From NCBI GenBank assembly GCA_963775345.1, contig CAVZIS010000002.1, positions 44,179 through 108,178 on the forward strand: a DNA stretch of 64,000 nucleotides. Direction: 5' to 3'. The translations under genes and the position numbers were made by a program. Shown here in pieces: positions 11,114 through 23,340 of the stretch (the stretch's first letter is position 1; the number at the start of each line of letters is the position of its first letter). The notes beneath the pieces were generated by a model. It saw nothing but the letters and a program-made list of their open reading frames with translations, did no database searches and was not told the DNA's origin. The DNA is from Vicinamibacterales bacterium. Its GTDB lineage: Bacteria > Acidobacteriota > Vicinamibacteria > Vicinamibacterales > JAMQPK01.

Positions 11114-11557
11114 ATGACCACCAAACTGAAGGAATTTGAAGGGCTTTTCAAGGCACTCGGCGACGCCACACGCCTCCGCATTATCGGGTTGCTGCTCAAT
11201 GGCGAGGTCTGTGTCTGCCATATCCACGAGAGCCTCAGGATTTCGCAGCCCAAGGTGTCGCGGCATCTGGCGTACTTGCGCGCGGCGGGTCTGGTCGAAA
11301 CGCGGAGAGAAGGAGTCTGGATCCATTATCGGCTTGCTGACATTTCCGATCCGCTTCGAAAGACAATCGCGACAGCGGTGCAGCACACGCTAGGCCACGT
11401 GGATGTCATAAGCAAGGACGCGCGTCTGTTACAAAAGAATACAGGATGCTGTCTGATTCAACCGGTCGGCCTCACAAGCTGCATCTGTTGCAGTGCGGCT
11501 GAGACCACAGGCCACCCCTCCGGCCTCGAGGGCTCGTCGAACAGACGTCGACCGTAA
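11114..11557 (+). CDS. arsR: ArsR/SmtB-family metalloregulator
   Basis: Intact ORF with LGDATRLRIIGLLLNGEVCVCHI (metal-site cysteines next to the HTH) and ISQPKVSRHLAYLRAAGLV. It is divergent from arsM. Confidence 0.85.
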   Translation: MTTKLKEFEGLFKALGDATRLRIIGLLLNGEVCVCHIHESLRISQPKVSRHLAYLRAAGLVETRREGVWIHYRLADISDPLRKTIATAVQHTLGHVDVISKDARLLQKNTGCCLIQPVGLTSCICCSAAETTGHPSGLEGSSNRRRP

Positions 11558-11777
11558 GCGAGATCCACGAGGCCAGGACCGGCAAGGCGAGCGATCCGAG
11601 GAGGAGGCGCATGCAAACAGCGTATGACGGATCGTTTCCACCGCGTGTCGTCAGTGTTTCCTACGTGTTAATTGCCCTCGTTAACCTGCTTTTAACCGAC
11701 TCGTCACAGCAGCATAACGGCCCGCTACTAACTTCTCTGACAGGTTCATTCTTTCTTTTCGTCGAGGAGAAACGACT

Positions 11778-14700
11778 ATGAAGCGTTACTTCAGGCGGGT
11801 CGCGATCATCCTCGCGCTCGCGGCGATGGGTCTGCCCTCGAACGCCCTGGCGCAGCAGACCGAATCACGCATTTCCGGTCGTGTAGTTGACGACAGCAAG
11901 GGCGCCATGCCGGGCGTCACCGTCACCGTGACATCGAAGGACACAGGCGCGGTCAGGACAGCCGTAACGGGAGGAGAAGGAGATTACACGATCACCAACC
12001 TCGGCCCGGGTGCCTATACGGTGCTGTTCGAATTGTCGGGCTTCGCCAGTCAGACCCGCGGGGTTCTCCTGGGCGTGGGACAGTTCGAGTCCGTGAGCGT
12101 CGTCATGGGCGTGGCCGCGTTGGCGGAAACGGTAGACGTGACGGTGGATTCTCAGGTGATCGATCTGTCGTCGGCCAGGATTGGCGTCAACGTATCTCCG
12201 GAGGAGGTCGAGAATCTTCCCGTCAACGGGCGCAACTTCGCGAATCTGATGACGCTGGCGACCGGCGCGACGAGCGACGGCAACGGAGGTTGGGCGAGCG
12301 TTCGGTTCAACGGCAAGTCGAACCAGCAGAACTACCTGAACTACGACGGCGTCGACGGCACCTACGTGTGGGACGCCAGTCCCGGTTACCTCAGCGCGAC
12401 CGGCTCGCAGTTCAGACTGCAGACGTCGATGGAATCGGTTGCAGAGTTTCGCGTCAATTCCGGCCTGGCGCCGGCGGAGAGCGGCCTCGGCGCCGGCGGC
12501 AACATCACGGTCGTCAGCAAGAGCGGCAGCAACAGCGTCAGAGGCTCCCTCTTCGAGTATTTCAGGAATGACGCGCTCGACTCGGCCAGCAAGTACGACA
12601 ACGAGAAGCAGGAGCTGGAGCTGAACCAGTTCGGCGGATTGATTGGCGGGCCGACTCGCCTCGAACCGGACGTTTTATTTCTTCAGCTATGAAGGCCTGA
12701 AGCAGACAGACAGGCCTGAGATTTACCGAGGCGGTGCCGAGCGCCGAGGCCATCCGCAGGATTCAGGCAGGCGAGCCGGTCGGAAGCGGAGCCGGTCAAA
12801 GCCCCGCCCGCACCATGGCAGTGGCGCCGCTCCTTGCAGGGTTCCCGCAAGGCACGGTGGCGACGTCGAACCCGCTATTGTCCCTCGCGACGCTCGACAC
12901 TCAGGCCGATCAGAGAGAGCATACCGTCTCGTTCCGGGCCGATCATCGATTCAACGACAGTCAGAGCCTCTACTTGCGCGTGCTGTACAGCGACGGTCGA
13001 GGTGGACACACCCGATCGCACGGTCACACCCCGGCGGGTGCTCGCGACGCAGAATCCAATGAATGTTCGTCGCCAATCACCAATCGCTTTTCGGCACCAG
13101 CCTGATCAACGAGTTGAAAGTCGGCTTCAACCGGCCGAAGTATGATGCGGTCGCCTTCGGTCCTTCGGGATACGACCCGACGCAGGTGTCCTTGTCGGGC
13201 ACGGTGACTTCACAGTCGATCGACGCACGAGGCACTACAGGGATCGCGCGAAGCGGCCTGCTCGTACGCGCCACCAGCAACGCATCGACTAACGGCCAGC
13301 TGTATCAATCCCCGTTCAATTTCGTTGACTGACTCGGTCACGATGGTGCGGGGGGCGCACACCTTCAAGTTCGGCGGAGAATACCGAAACATCTCATCGG
13401 AGTTCCAGTTCCTGGGCAGCACCGAGATCACCTATACCGACATCAACGCGTTTATCGACAATCGTCCGACGCAGGTTGCGATTTCGCAAGAGTCGCCGCT
13501 ATTTACGCCGCAGCAGTTCTACATGATTGGTTTTGCCCAGGACAGCTGGCGGGTCCACGATCGCGTGACGCTGGAGCTGGGCTTTCGTTACGACTTCTAC
13601 TCGGTCGTGAACGAGAAGGACAATCGAGCAAAGCCCTTCTTCATCGAGGAGAACAATTTCGATCCCGACCCGGACAATTTCTATAACCCGGACAGGAACA
13701 ACATCTCACCGCGGCTGTCGGCGGTATTCCAGCTCGACGACCGGACCGCCCTGCGAGCCGGATACGGTCATTTCTACGGTCCAGGTCAGTTCGAGGATCG
13801 CATTCAGCCGATCGAGAACTTCATCGAGCGGCATCGCGTGCAGTCTACCGATGTACCCAAACGTGCTCGCCTACCCGGTGGATCCGGCGATCGTATCGCA
13901 ATCTGCTGTCGGTTCGCGGATACACGCACGAACGGCCGGATGAATACAACGTGCAGTACGGCGTCAGCCTGTCGCGCGAGCTCCCAGGGGCCGATCAACC
14001 TGACCGTCGGATACACGGGGAGCAATGGGAAGCGACATGTTCCTGCGCGGCGTGGCCAACACATTCGACAACGTCACGCGCGTGCGGCAGAATCCGACGG
14101 CCGGGCAGGTCGACTACAAGACATCAAGCTGTCTGGATGGCCTGATCATCAACGGCAACGCCATCCAGCGGCTGCGGCAGGGCCACCTACAACGCGCTGC
14201 AGATTAGCGCCACGCGCCGATTCCATTCGGGTCTCAGTGGCGGGCTTCAGTACCAGTACTCGCGCAACAGGGGCACGACGCAGGGATCCAACGAAGCCGC
14301 TACAGCGTCGAATACGTTCGATTACGAGACTGAATACGGCACGAATCCAACGGACCTCCCGCACAGCTTCAACGGGTCGCTGGTCTACATGTTGCCCTTC
14401 AATGGACCGGTGGCAGGCGGATGGCGCGTGGGCGGCATCCTGAACGCCCGGAGCGGCGTCCCGATCAACGTGACGATCAATCGGCCGGACACCGTTACAG
14501 TTGGCGGTGCCACCGTTACCAACATCCCTGGCGGCAACACGCGCGGAACGCAGCGTCCCGACGCCGTTCCGGGTGTAGATCCGTATCTGAAGCAGGGTGT
14601 GCGGTGGTTGAACCCCGCCGCGTTTGCCGCCCCGATGCCCGGGACATTCGGCAACCTGCCGCGAAACGCCGTCAGGGGCCCCGAGTTCTGGCAGACTGGA

Positions 14701-14947
14701 CCTGATGGTGAGCAAGGACATCCGTTTCGCGGACAATCAGGGCCTGCAGTTGCGTCTCGAACTATTCAACATCACCAACCGGCTGAACTACGAGAACCCG
14801 GTGGCATCGCTGCCCGCCGGAACCGTTGGTCAGGCTTTCACCGACGCGGCGGCCGGCACTTTCGGCTACATGCTGGGACCGCTGAATCGCACGGTTGGGC
14901 TCGGGACTGCGCGACAGACGCAGTTGTCGATCCGTTACATCTTCTAG
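11778..14947 (+). CDS. TonB-dependent receptor with N-terminal CarboxypepD_reg domain (heavily frame-disrupted, at least six switches)
   Basis: Signal peptide, then SGRVVDDSKGAMPGVTVTVTSKDTGAVRTAVTGGEGDYTITNLGPGAYTV and a plug-like region. Barrel pieces occur in ORFs 12643-, 12734-, 13063-, 13325- and 14389-. The C-terminal piece 14624-14947 ends QLSIRYIF with a terminal Phe. Confidence 0.8.
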
Positions 14948-14960
14948 GAGCTCTGGAAAC

Positions 14961-15009
14961 AGGGTCAGACCCCATTTTTACGCAAAACGTAAAAATGGGG
15001 TCTGACCCT
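14961..15009 (+). terminator. intrinsic terminator hairpin between convergent genes
   Basis: A perfect 22-bp stem (aGGGTCAGACCCCATTTTTACG / CGTAAAAATGGGGTCTGACCCt) with a 5-nt loop caaaa (14983-14987), followed by tatttcttttcttctt. Confidence 0.75.
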
Positions 15010-15029
15010 ATTTCTTTTCTTCTTACCTG

Positions 15030-15602
15030 TTAGTCGGCCTGTGACCGCCGCGCATCCTTCAGGAAGGAGTTGACCTTCTTGACGTAGTCTCGCGTCTCGC
15101 GGTACGGCGGAATGCCGTTGTATCGGTCCACCGTTCCCGGTCCCGCGTTGTAGCTCGCCACCGCCAGATTCAGGTTGCCCTTGTTTCGATCGAGCAACCA
15201 GCGCAGATACCGTGCGCCGCCCAGGATGTTCTGACGCGGATCGAACGGATCGAGGACGTCGAGCTCTTCCGCCACGTCCGGCATCAGTTGCATCAGCCCC
15301 TGCGCTCCGGCGCTCGAGACCGCGAACGGGTTGAATGCCGATTCCGCGCGGATGATCGCCCGGATCAGATTCGGATCGATCTCGTAAAGACTTGCCGCTT
15401 CCGCGATGGCGTCGTTGTACGCGATCGTCGCCGGGAGGGGCCGATACTCCTCTGACACCGAGACGTATCCAGCCGGCGCGTCTGATTGTTGGAAGCTCCG
15501 GGTGCGCGACCGGGGAGGGGAGGGACATCGCAAACATGCCGAATAGAAGACCACGAAGCGTTCGCTGTCGGCGCGAACGACACCGGCGGTCGGCCAGTCC
15601 AC
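15030..15602 (-). CDS. lytic transglycosylase (SLT domain); N-terminus uncertain
   Basis: IRAESAFNPFAVSSAGAQGLMQLMP, GGARYLRWLL and AVASYNAGPGTV are SLT catalytic-domain motifs. The signal-peptide region may lie in another frame. Confidence 0.8.
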   Translation of the reverse strand: MDWPTAGVVRADSERFVVFYSACLRCPSPPRSRTRSFQQSDAPAGYVSVSEEYRPLPATIAYNDAIAEAASLYEIDPNLIRAIIRAESAFNPFAVSSAGAQGLMQLMPDVAEELDVLDPFDPRQNILGGARYLRWLLDRNKGNLNLAVASYNAGPGTVDRYNGIPPYRETRDYVKKVNSFLKDARRSQAD

Positions 15603-15788
15603 GATTCTCTGTAGCGGCGGTCGTCTCGATTTCGACGTTCTGCCCGCCGCAGTCCGAGCACATCTCCCAACGGCACCTCTTCGTTGGAGAGAGCAAGATG
15701 TCTACCATGTCTTCAAAGTTCGCCCCCGACGTCATCCGAGTGCAGAATCGGCAAGAACTCAAATTGACATGTATGCCGCGGCGGACAC

Positions 15789-16226
15789 CTATTCGAAGCG
15801 AACTGCATCTCCGATCGCAATTTCACCACCTTCCACGACCTCGGCGAATGCGCCGCCGCCCCAGCGTTCCCTCATCGCCGCCTGCAGTCCCGCCGCTGCG
15901 TCTTCCATGAGCTCGCAGGGACGAGTCTCACCGCCGATGCGCAAGCGGCTCGAACCGATGAGCAAGGTGCGTCCGCGGCTCTCTTCGAGGTCGATGCCCG
16001 AGAGGAGAATATTGGCGCGCCGCGCTTCGGGGCCGAGATCGGCGCCGATTTCTTTCATCAATTCGGCCCATCGTTCCTGCGAGAGCAGCGTCACCTGCCG
16101 GCGACCTCCGCGATCGGCATTACCCTGGAGCCCGCGATCGGTCTCGAGCCGCGCGGTCTCGTGCGGATCCATGGGCCCGCCGTGTGCGCGTTTGATGAAG
16201 ATGCCGGTAACCTTGCCGTTGTTCAT
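15789..16226 (-). CDS. MOSC domain protein
   Basis: Intact 145-aa ORF with GLQGNADRGGRRQVTLL, ANILLSGIDL and GGETRPCELME, typical of MOSC. Confidence 0.75.
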   Translation of the reverse strand: MNNGKVTGIFIKRAHGGPMDPHETARLETDRGLQGNADRGGRRQVTLLSQERWAELMKEIGADLGPEARRANILLSGIDLEESRGRTLLIGSSRLRIGGETRPCELMEDAAAGLQAAMRERWGGGAFAEVVEGGEIAIGDAVRFE

Positions 16227-16232
16227 GACCGC

Positions 16233-16538
16233 TCACCTGATCTGCTGGCCGTACGTTCCCCAGCCGCGGGTCAGGTAGTCGCTCAGTGTGAGCGTCAGCA
16301 GGATGCCCATCCAGTAAAGCCCGGCAATCACGGTCAGTCTGACGAGGCGTGTGCCGAATTTCACGTGCATGAAGTACAGCACCACGATCGTCGCTTTGAT
16401 GCAGGCGATGACGATCGCCGCGACCGCGTTGATCGGCCCGAGATCGATGTAGGCCACCGCCACGGTGACTGCCGTCAGCACCATCAGCGTGGCAAAGACG
16501 GTGTAGTAGATCTTTTTCGAAACGAGATGCTCCGCCAT
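16233..16538 (-). CDS. ctaF: cytochrome c oxidase subunit IV (prokaryotic small subunit)
   Basis: Intact 101-aa ORF with three predicted TM helices and the KATIVVLYFMHVK motif. It lies directly downstream of ctaE. Confidence 0.75.
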   Translation of the reverse strand: MAEHLVSKKIYYTVFATLMVLTAVTVAVAYIDLGPINAVAAIVIACIKATIVVLYFMHVKFGTRLVRLTVIAGLYWMGILLTLTLSDYLTRGWGTYGQQIR

Positions 16539-17214
16539 TCAGGATCCTGTCGCGTGCCGCCCAATCAGATAGAGCAGCGGGAAGAGAAAAATCCAGACGA
16601 TGTCGACGAAATGCCAGTACAACCCGACGACCTCGACGGGCGCGTAATAACCATCGCCGAGCGTTCCGTTGTAGGCCCACAGCATCATCCAGATCATCAA
16701 TCCGATGCCGATGACCATGTGGAGCGCGTGGAGCCCGGTCATCAGGAAATACAGTGAGAAGAAGATTTGCGCCTGCCTGACGTATTTGGCGTCGAACTGG
16801 AACAACCCCCCGGGGACGAGATGCTCGCTGAACTTGTGTGAGTACTCGACCCCCTTGATCCCGAGGAACACGCCGCCAAGCACCATCGTGAGCGCCAGGA
16901 AGAGCATGATGCCCTTGCGCGCGTTCAATTGTGCCGCCTGCACTGCCAGCGCCATCGTCAGGCTGCTGCCGATGAGCACCGCGGTGTTGATCGTGCCCAG
17001 CGGGATATCGAGGTGATGGCTCGCGGCCGCGAACGCTTCCGGATACCAGGTCCGGTAGATCGTGTAGACGAGAAACAGGCCGCCAAAGAAAAGAATTTCC
17101 GTCAGCAGGAACACCCACATGCCGAGCGTCGCGGCTTCCTGCTGCTGCGCGAGATTGTCAAAATGGTGCGCGAGCGCGCGATGAGGCGGCTGCCCCGCGT
17201 GTGTCAAGGCGTTG

Positions 17215-17222
<8 letters not shown>
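16539..17222 (-). CDS. ctaE: cytochrome c oxidase subunit III (start codon uncertain, TTG in ORF track)
   Basis: [50 protein letters not shown] and [18 protein letters not shown]. Confidence 0.9.
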
Positions 17223-18829
<1,607 letters not shown>

Positions 18830-18833
<4 letters not shown>

Positions 18834-19807
18834 GGTTGTCCGGGCCCGGGCTTGACCGGCCGAACAGGTTCGGCCTGCGGGCGGGTTGAGAGCGATTTGA
18901 CGTACTCGATGAGCGCGAGGAGCTGCTCCTCGGTCACCAGGCCTTGAAACGCCGGCATCACCGGTTGGAATCCAGCGGTGATTCTCGCCGATGGCGCGAG
19001 GATCGATTCGCGCACATAGTTCTCGTCTGCCGTCACGACGCTGCCGTCCTGCAACTGCACCGGCTGACCGAAGATGTTCTCGAGCACCGGCCCGCGACCG
19101 CGCGAATCAGGGCGATGGCAGGTGTTGCAGGCGAGATCGGCGAACAGCTTTTCACCGGTCGACGCCAGTGAACCTTCGGTGGCGCCGCCGCTCAACCACG
19201 CTTGATATTCGGAGGGCTCCATGACCACGACACGTCCGATCATGCGCGAATGCTGTGTTCCGCAGTATTCGGCGCAGAAGAGTTGATAGACGCCCGGCTT
19301 GGTCGGCTCGAACCAGATCTGCACGAACCGCCCGGGCACGACGTCGGCCTTCACGCGGAACGCCGGCACCGAGAAATCGTGAATGACGTCTTCCGACGTC
19401 ATGATCAGCTTGACCGCCCGCCCGACAGGGATATGCAGCTCGTTGATCTCCCGCTGTCCCGCCGCATGCTGCACTTTCCACATCCACTGCTTGCCGACGA
19501 CATAGATGTTCAGCGTCTCGTTCGGGGGATTCGCCATGGCAAAGTAGACTCTGGCGCCCCAGAAAAAAATGATCATCGTGATCAGGAAGGGCACGACGGT
19601 CCAACCGAGCTCCAGAAGAAGGCCGCCGTGAACCTGCACGCCCACTTCGTCGGGGTGGCGGCGGTGGAATCTGACCGCAAAAAACACCACGAGCGTGGCG
19701 ATCAACAGTGAAAGGACGACCGACAACCCCAGGAGAAAGAAGTACAGCGAGTCGACCTCGGCTGCGATCGTCGATGCGCTATCGGGGAACAGCGGGAAGC
19801 CGAACAT
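18830..19807 (-). CDS. ctaC: cytochrome c oxidase subunit II with fused C-terminal cytochrome c (caa3 type)
   Basis: Intact ORF with CuA site [12 protein letters not shown], heme c site CNTCH and two N-terminal TM helices. Confidence 0.9.
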
Positions 19808-19811
19808 GCCG

Positions 19812-20636
19812 TTAGCCCGCCTGCTTTCGTTCGCGCCTGGTCCAGACGACGATCAGCGTCCCGAGCGAGAAGACGGTCGCGATTCCCGCCAGCTGCACAA
19901 TCCTCAGAATGGCGAGGCTGTAACGGCCCCTCGAAACGTCGTAGCGGTAGCAATAGAGAACCGCCTTCGCCAGCGGCGAGCCGATCTTGCCCTGAGAGGC
20001 ATCGAGCGCCGCCAGTCGAAGGTCACGCGGGCCGTAATCGATGCCGAACAGGTAACGGGAGACCGTGCCTCGTTCGGTCGCGACGACGATACCGGCGGGA
20101 TGCGCATACTGCTGGAGCTTCTCGTCCCAGACATACCGAAAACCTGCGGCGTTGGTGAGGCGGCGGATCTCGTCTTCGGTGCCCGTCAGGTAATGCCAGC
20201 CTCGCGCGATCGACGGCTTGCCCGATCGCTCGACGTAGTGGGCTTTCTTGTCGCGCGCGATAGCCGGCGTTTCCCGCGGATCGATGCTGACGCTGATCAC
20301 TTCGAAGTCGGTCCCGACGCCCTCGGACAGGACGCCGAGCGTGCTCGCCAGACTGCTCAAGCTCTGCACGCACAACATCGGGCATCCGTAGTACACGAAC
20401 GCGAGCACCACGGGACGCCGACCGAAATACTCGCGAAGGTGCACCCGGCGGCCTGTCTCGTCGCTGAATTCCGTGTCGAGCGGGAGTGGCTGATTCAGAT
20501 GCTGATCGAAGCCAACTTCGAGCAGCGCCGCTGGAAGGGCCGCGGCAGGCAATCCCGGCTCGGTCGGCCGTGTTTGCGCAAATGCCGTGGAAGTAAGGAG
20601 CAGGGCGATAGGTAGCCCCACCGTTATTATTTTCAT
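19812..20636 (-). CDS. SCO1/SenC-family copper chaperone with C-terminal TM anchor
   Basis: Intact ORF with a signal peptide, the thioredoxin-fold CPMLC motif and HPAGIVV. Confidence 0.8.
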   Translation of the reverse strand: MKIITVGLPIALLLTSTAFAQTRPTEPGLPAAALPAALLEVGFDQHLNQPLPLDTEFSDETGRRVHLREYFGRRPVVLAFVYYGCPMLCVQSLSSLASTLGVLSEGVGTDFEVISVSIDPRETPAIARDKKAHYVERSGKPSIARGWHYLTGTEDEIRRLTNAAGFRYVWDEKLQQYAHPAGIVVATERGTVSRYLFGIDYGPRDLRLAALDASQGKIGSPLAKAVLYCYRYDVSRGRYSLAILRIVQLAGIATVFSLGTLIVVWTRRERKQAG

Positions 20637-21032
20637 TTCGCCGTCTCCCTCGCAGGCAAACCCCGCTCGACGACCATCCGCATCGCTTCATCGATCGGGA
20701 TCCGCGCGATGCCGGCGTCGCGATTGACCCAGCCGTAACCGTTCAAAAGGGCCCGCTGCTGCTCACGCAGCTCATGCATGTCCTGCTGAGGGTGGTCCTG
20801 GAGCCGGGGCATCGGGGGCAGCTCTTCCTGCTGACCGGCGGCGAGCGGATACGCCTGCATCTGGGCTCTGTCGGTCTGGCGCTGATAGACGCTCTGCAGC
20901 TGCCACAAAAACACGAGAATGATCACTGCGGCCACGACCAGAGCGCATACCGAACCCGAGAATCGCGCGAACGTTGACGTCGCTTTCTTCGTGGACGATC
21001 TCGGGGTTGTCCTGCTCACGCGGTTCGGACAT
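20633..21032 (-). CDS. small single-TM protein encoded between actF and SCO (frame switch near 20950)
   Basis: The N-terminus MSEPREQDNPEIVHEESDVNVRAILGFG (ORF 20772-21032) continues into a TM helix and soluble tail in ORF 20633-21019 (ALVVAAVIILVFLWQL ... YGWVNRDAGIARIPIDEAM). Its position matches small subunits found in ACIII/oxidase clusters. Confidence 0.5.
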
Positions 21033-22212
21033 GTTTCAACGCCTCGCTGAATTCCGGGTCGTACAGCGGCAGAAGTGCGCGACCGCGCAGTTGGTGAATG
21101 AAGAAGGCGAGCCAGACGGCGGCGAGCGAAACCGGCACCATGACATCGAGCCAGTGCAGGTGGAACCCGTCATCGTGCGCGAAGGCGGGAGCCGCCAACC
21201 AGAACAGATCCACGAACCGCATCACCAGCAGACCCGCGGCGACCCTGGACAGCATCGGTGCGTGGCGCTTTACCGCGCGGGACAACAGCACGAGGAACGG
21301 CACGGCAAAATGAAAGATCACCAGTAACAGCGCAATGAACTGCCATCCATGCCCGGTACGGTGGATGTACCACTCCGTCTCTTCGGGGATGTTCGCCGAC
21401 CAGATGATGAGGTACTGCGAGAACCCGAAGTAGGTCCACAGCATCGTGAAGCCGAGCAGCAGATTGCCGAGATCGTGAAAATGGCCCGGCGAGATCAGGC
21501 CGTCGAGCGGCGCCCGCCTCGAAAGCCAGCTCAACACGACAATCGCGAACGCCATTGCCGAAAGCGCCTGGCCGCCCATGATCAACACGCCGTAGATCGT
21601 CGAAAACCAGTGGGGTTCGAGCGACATGAGCCAGTCGAATGCCGCAAACGTGATCGTCAAGCCGTACGCCAGCAGGCCCCCGGCACTGAGAAGCTGCATC
21701 TTGCGAGGAATGGCCGGATCGCCGGTCGCATCCTGTTCGAGCGACCACTTGTTCAGGAAGAAGGCGATGCCGTTCCACACGGCGAGATAAAACGCGGCGC
21801 GCGCCAGAAAGAACGGCACGTTCAGGTACGGTTGCTTCCACTGCAGGAGCGGATCCGCGGCCACGTGCGCCTGGTCGGCCCACGGATAGAGCGAACGAAG
21901 CCCGAGCGCGATCGGGATGAACAGGACCGTCAGCAAGGGCAACGTTCGGGTCGCCGCGCCGAGGATGCGGCGGGTGACGACTCCCCATGCGCCGCCGGAG
22001 ACCTGGTGGACCATGACCAGCGCCAGCGATCCGAGAGTCACCGACAGCATCCACATGTAAGCCGGCAGCAGGGAGCGAACGAACTGAGTCGGGTTGAGCA
22101 CGAGGCCGACGGCGCACACCGCTGTGCCGGCACCGCCGGCGAGAAGCAGCTTCGACTGCAGCTGCCTGAGCTCGGGGACCATCTCGTTGCCGATCGCGTT
22201 CAGCGCTGTCAT
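21016..22212 (-). CDS. actF: alternative complex III membrane subunit ActF
   Basis: Intact 398-aa polytopic membrane protein placed directly after actE. It is NrfD-like but lacks the ActC N-terminus. Assigned by cluster order plus membrane character. Confidence 0.75.
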   Translation of the reverse strand: MTALNAIGNEMVPELRQLQSKLLLAGGAGTAVCAVGLVLNPTQFVRSLLPAYMWMLSVTLGSLALVMVHQVSGGAWGVVTRRILGAATRTLPLLTVLFIPIALGLRSLYPWADQAHVAADPLLQWKQPYLNVPFFLARAAFYLAVWNGIAFFLNKWSLEQDATGDPAIPRKMQLLSAGGLLAYGLTITFAAFDWLMSLEPHWFSTIYGVLIMGGQALSAMAFAIVVLSWLSRRAPLDGLISPGHFHDLGNLLLGFTMLWTYFGFSQYLIIWSANIPEETEWYIHRTGHGWQFIALLLVIFHFAVPFLVLLSRAVKRHAPMLSRVAAGLLVMRFVDLFWLAAPAFAHDDGFHLHWLDVMVPVSLAAVWLAFFIHQLRGRALLPLYDPEFSEALKHVRTA

Positions 22213-22790
22213 CGCAGCTGTCCTCGGGCTTCAGGCGAGAGCTCAGAGGCAGCGGCGTACTGGCTCAGCTGCAGTGCGCGGATGTAGGCGGCAATCGCCC
22301 AGCGATCGCGCACGGGCACCTGCGATGCGTAGTCCGGCATGGCTCCAAAGCCATTCGTGATGACGTCGTAGATGTGTCCTGCCGGGGCCTGCCGGAGCCT
22401 GTCGACAACGAAAGACGGAGGGCGCCGATACCCTCGCTGGACGACCATCCCGTCGCCTTCGCCGGTGAGGCCGTGGCAGGGCGAGCAGTAGATGTCGTAT
22501 CTCTCCCGTCCGCGCCGCATCGTCGCGTCATCAATCTGAAACGGAAAAATGGTCGAGGGCTGTCCGTTGATTCTTCCCGTGTGAAGCAGCTCGTCCTCGA
22601 ACAGATGGCCCTGAGCAATCGTGCCTTCGATGGCGGGACGCGCCGAGCGTCGATCGGCAAAAAAATCCGCCGGTTTGTATGGTGTGTACTTCGGCTGGTC
22701 GTGCATGTCCTGCCGGCAGGCGATCGCAGATACGACGACCGCAACGACAGCGAAGCGTCTAATCGCTAATCCCAAATCCCTAATCCCCAA
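22209..22790 (-). CDS. actE: alternative complex III monoheme cytochrome c subunit ActE (start uncertain)
   Basis: Lipoprotein-like N-terminus (VVSAIAC), a single CSPCH heme motif and GFGAMPDY. Confidence 0.8.
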   Translation of the reverse strand: MGIRDLGLAIRRFAVVAVVVSAIACRQDMHDQPKYTPYKPADFFADRRSARPAIEGTIAQGHLFEDELLHTGRINGQPSTIFPFQIDDATMRRGRERYDIYCSPCHGLTGEGDGMVVQRGYRRPPSFVVDRLRQAPAGHIYDVITNGFGAMPDYASQVPVRDRWAIAAYIRALQLSQYAAASELSPEARGQLR

Positions 22791-22801
22791 TCCCTAGTCC
22801 T
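22760..22801. repeat. tandem heptamer repeat (TAATCCC)n, six units
   Basis: taatcgc taatccc aaatccc taatccc caatccc tagtcct spans the actD stop and the actE start region. Confidence 0.8.
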
Positions 22802-23340
22802 CAACGGTCGTGACCTCGCGCGCTCCGAGCGACTCGAGAAACTGTACGCGTCGTGTCGATGTTGAACTTCTGGTCGGCCGCCTCGATGCACAGGAAGAAC
22901 CGGTTGCGGCTTGCGAGCGCGAACCGTGGGACGTTGAACACTGGATGGAACGGCTGCGGCAGCCCGTTCAGTGCCAGCATGCCGAGCACGGCAGACAATG
23001 CGGCCGCGAGAATCGTCGTTTCGAACGTCACCGGAATGAACGCCGGCCAGCTATGCAGCGGGCGGCCTCCGATGTTCAAGGGATACGCCATCGTCGACGC
23101 CCAGTACTGCAATCCGTAGCCCGCGACACCACCGAAAATGCCGCCCGCGAGGACGATCTTGGGCAGGCGGTTGTCGTGCATGTGGAGCGCCTCGTGCAGT
23201 TCCTCGACGGGGACGGGCGAGTAGGCGTCCATTTTTCGATAGCCTTCCTGATACGAACGGCGCGCGGCGGCGACGAGCGCATGCGAGTCCTCGAACTCGG
23301 CCATCAATCCGTAAATCGTCGGACGGCCCGACGGCTTCAT
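22794..23340 (-). CDS. actD: alternative complex III subunit ActD (DUF3341; frame switch near 22845)
   Basis: [40 protein letters not shown] plus two TM helices. The ATG at 23340 overlaps the actC stop (ATGA). The likely true C-terminus [16 protein letters not shown] is in another frame. Confidence 0.8.

Noticed and set aside
16120-17118. 332-aa minus-strand ORF overlapping ctaE/ctaF in another frame
   Set aside because: ctaE and ctaF in the alternative frame carry canonical oxidase motifs. This ORF is Arg/Gly/Asp-rich with no TM character.
19695-22287. Plus-strand ORFs 19695-20615 and 21349-22287 (306 and 312 aa)
   Set aside because: They are antisense to SCO and actF respectively and have shadow-ORF composition.
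22760-22801. Telomere-like appearance of the GGGATTA/TAATCCC repeat, and the possibility of a CRISPR array
   Set aside because: It has only six 7-bp units inside an operon on what is clearly a bacterial chromosome. There are no spacers, so it is neither a telomere nor a CRISPR array.
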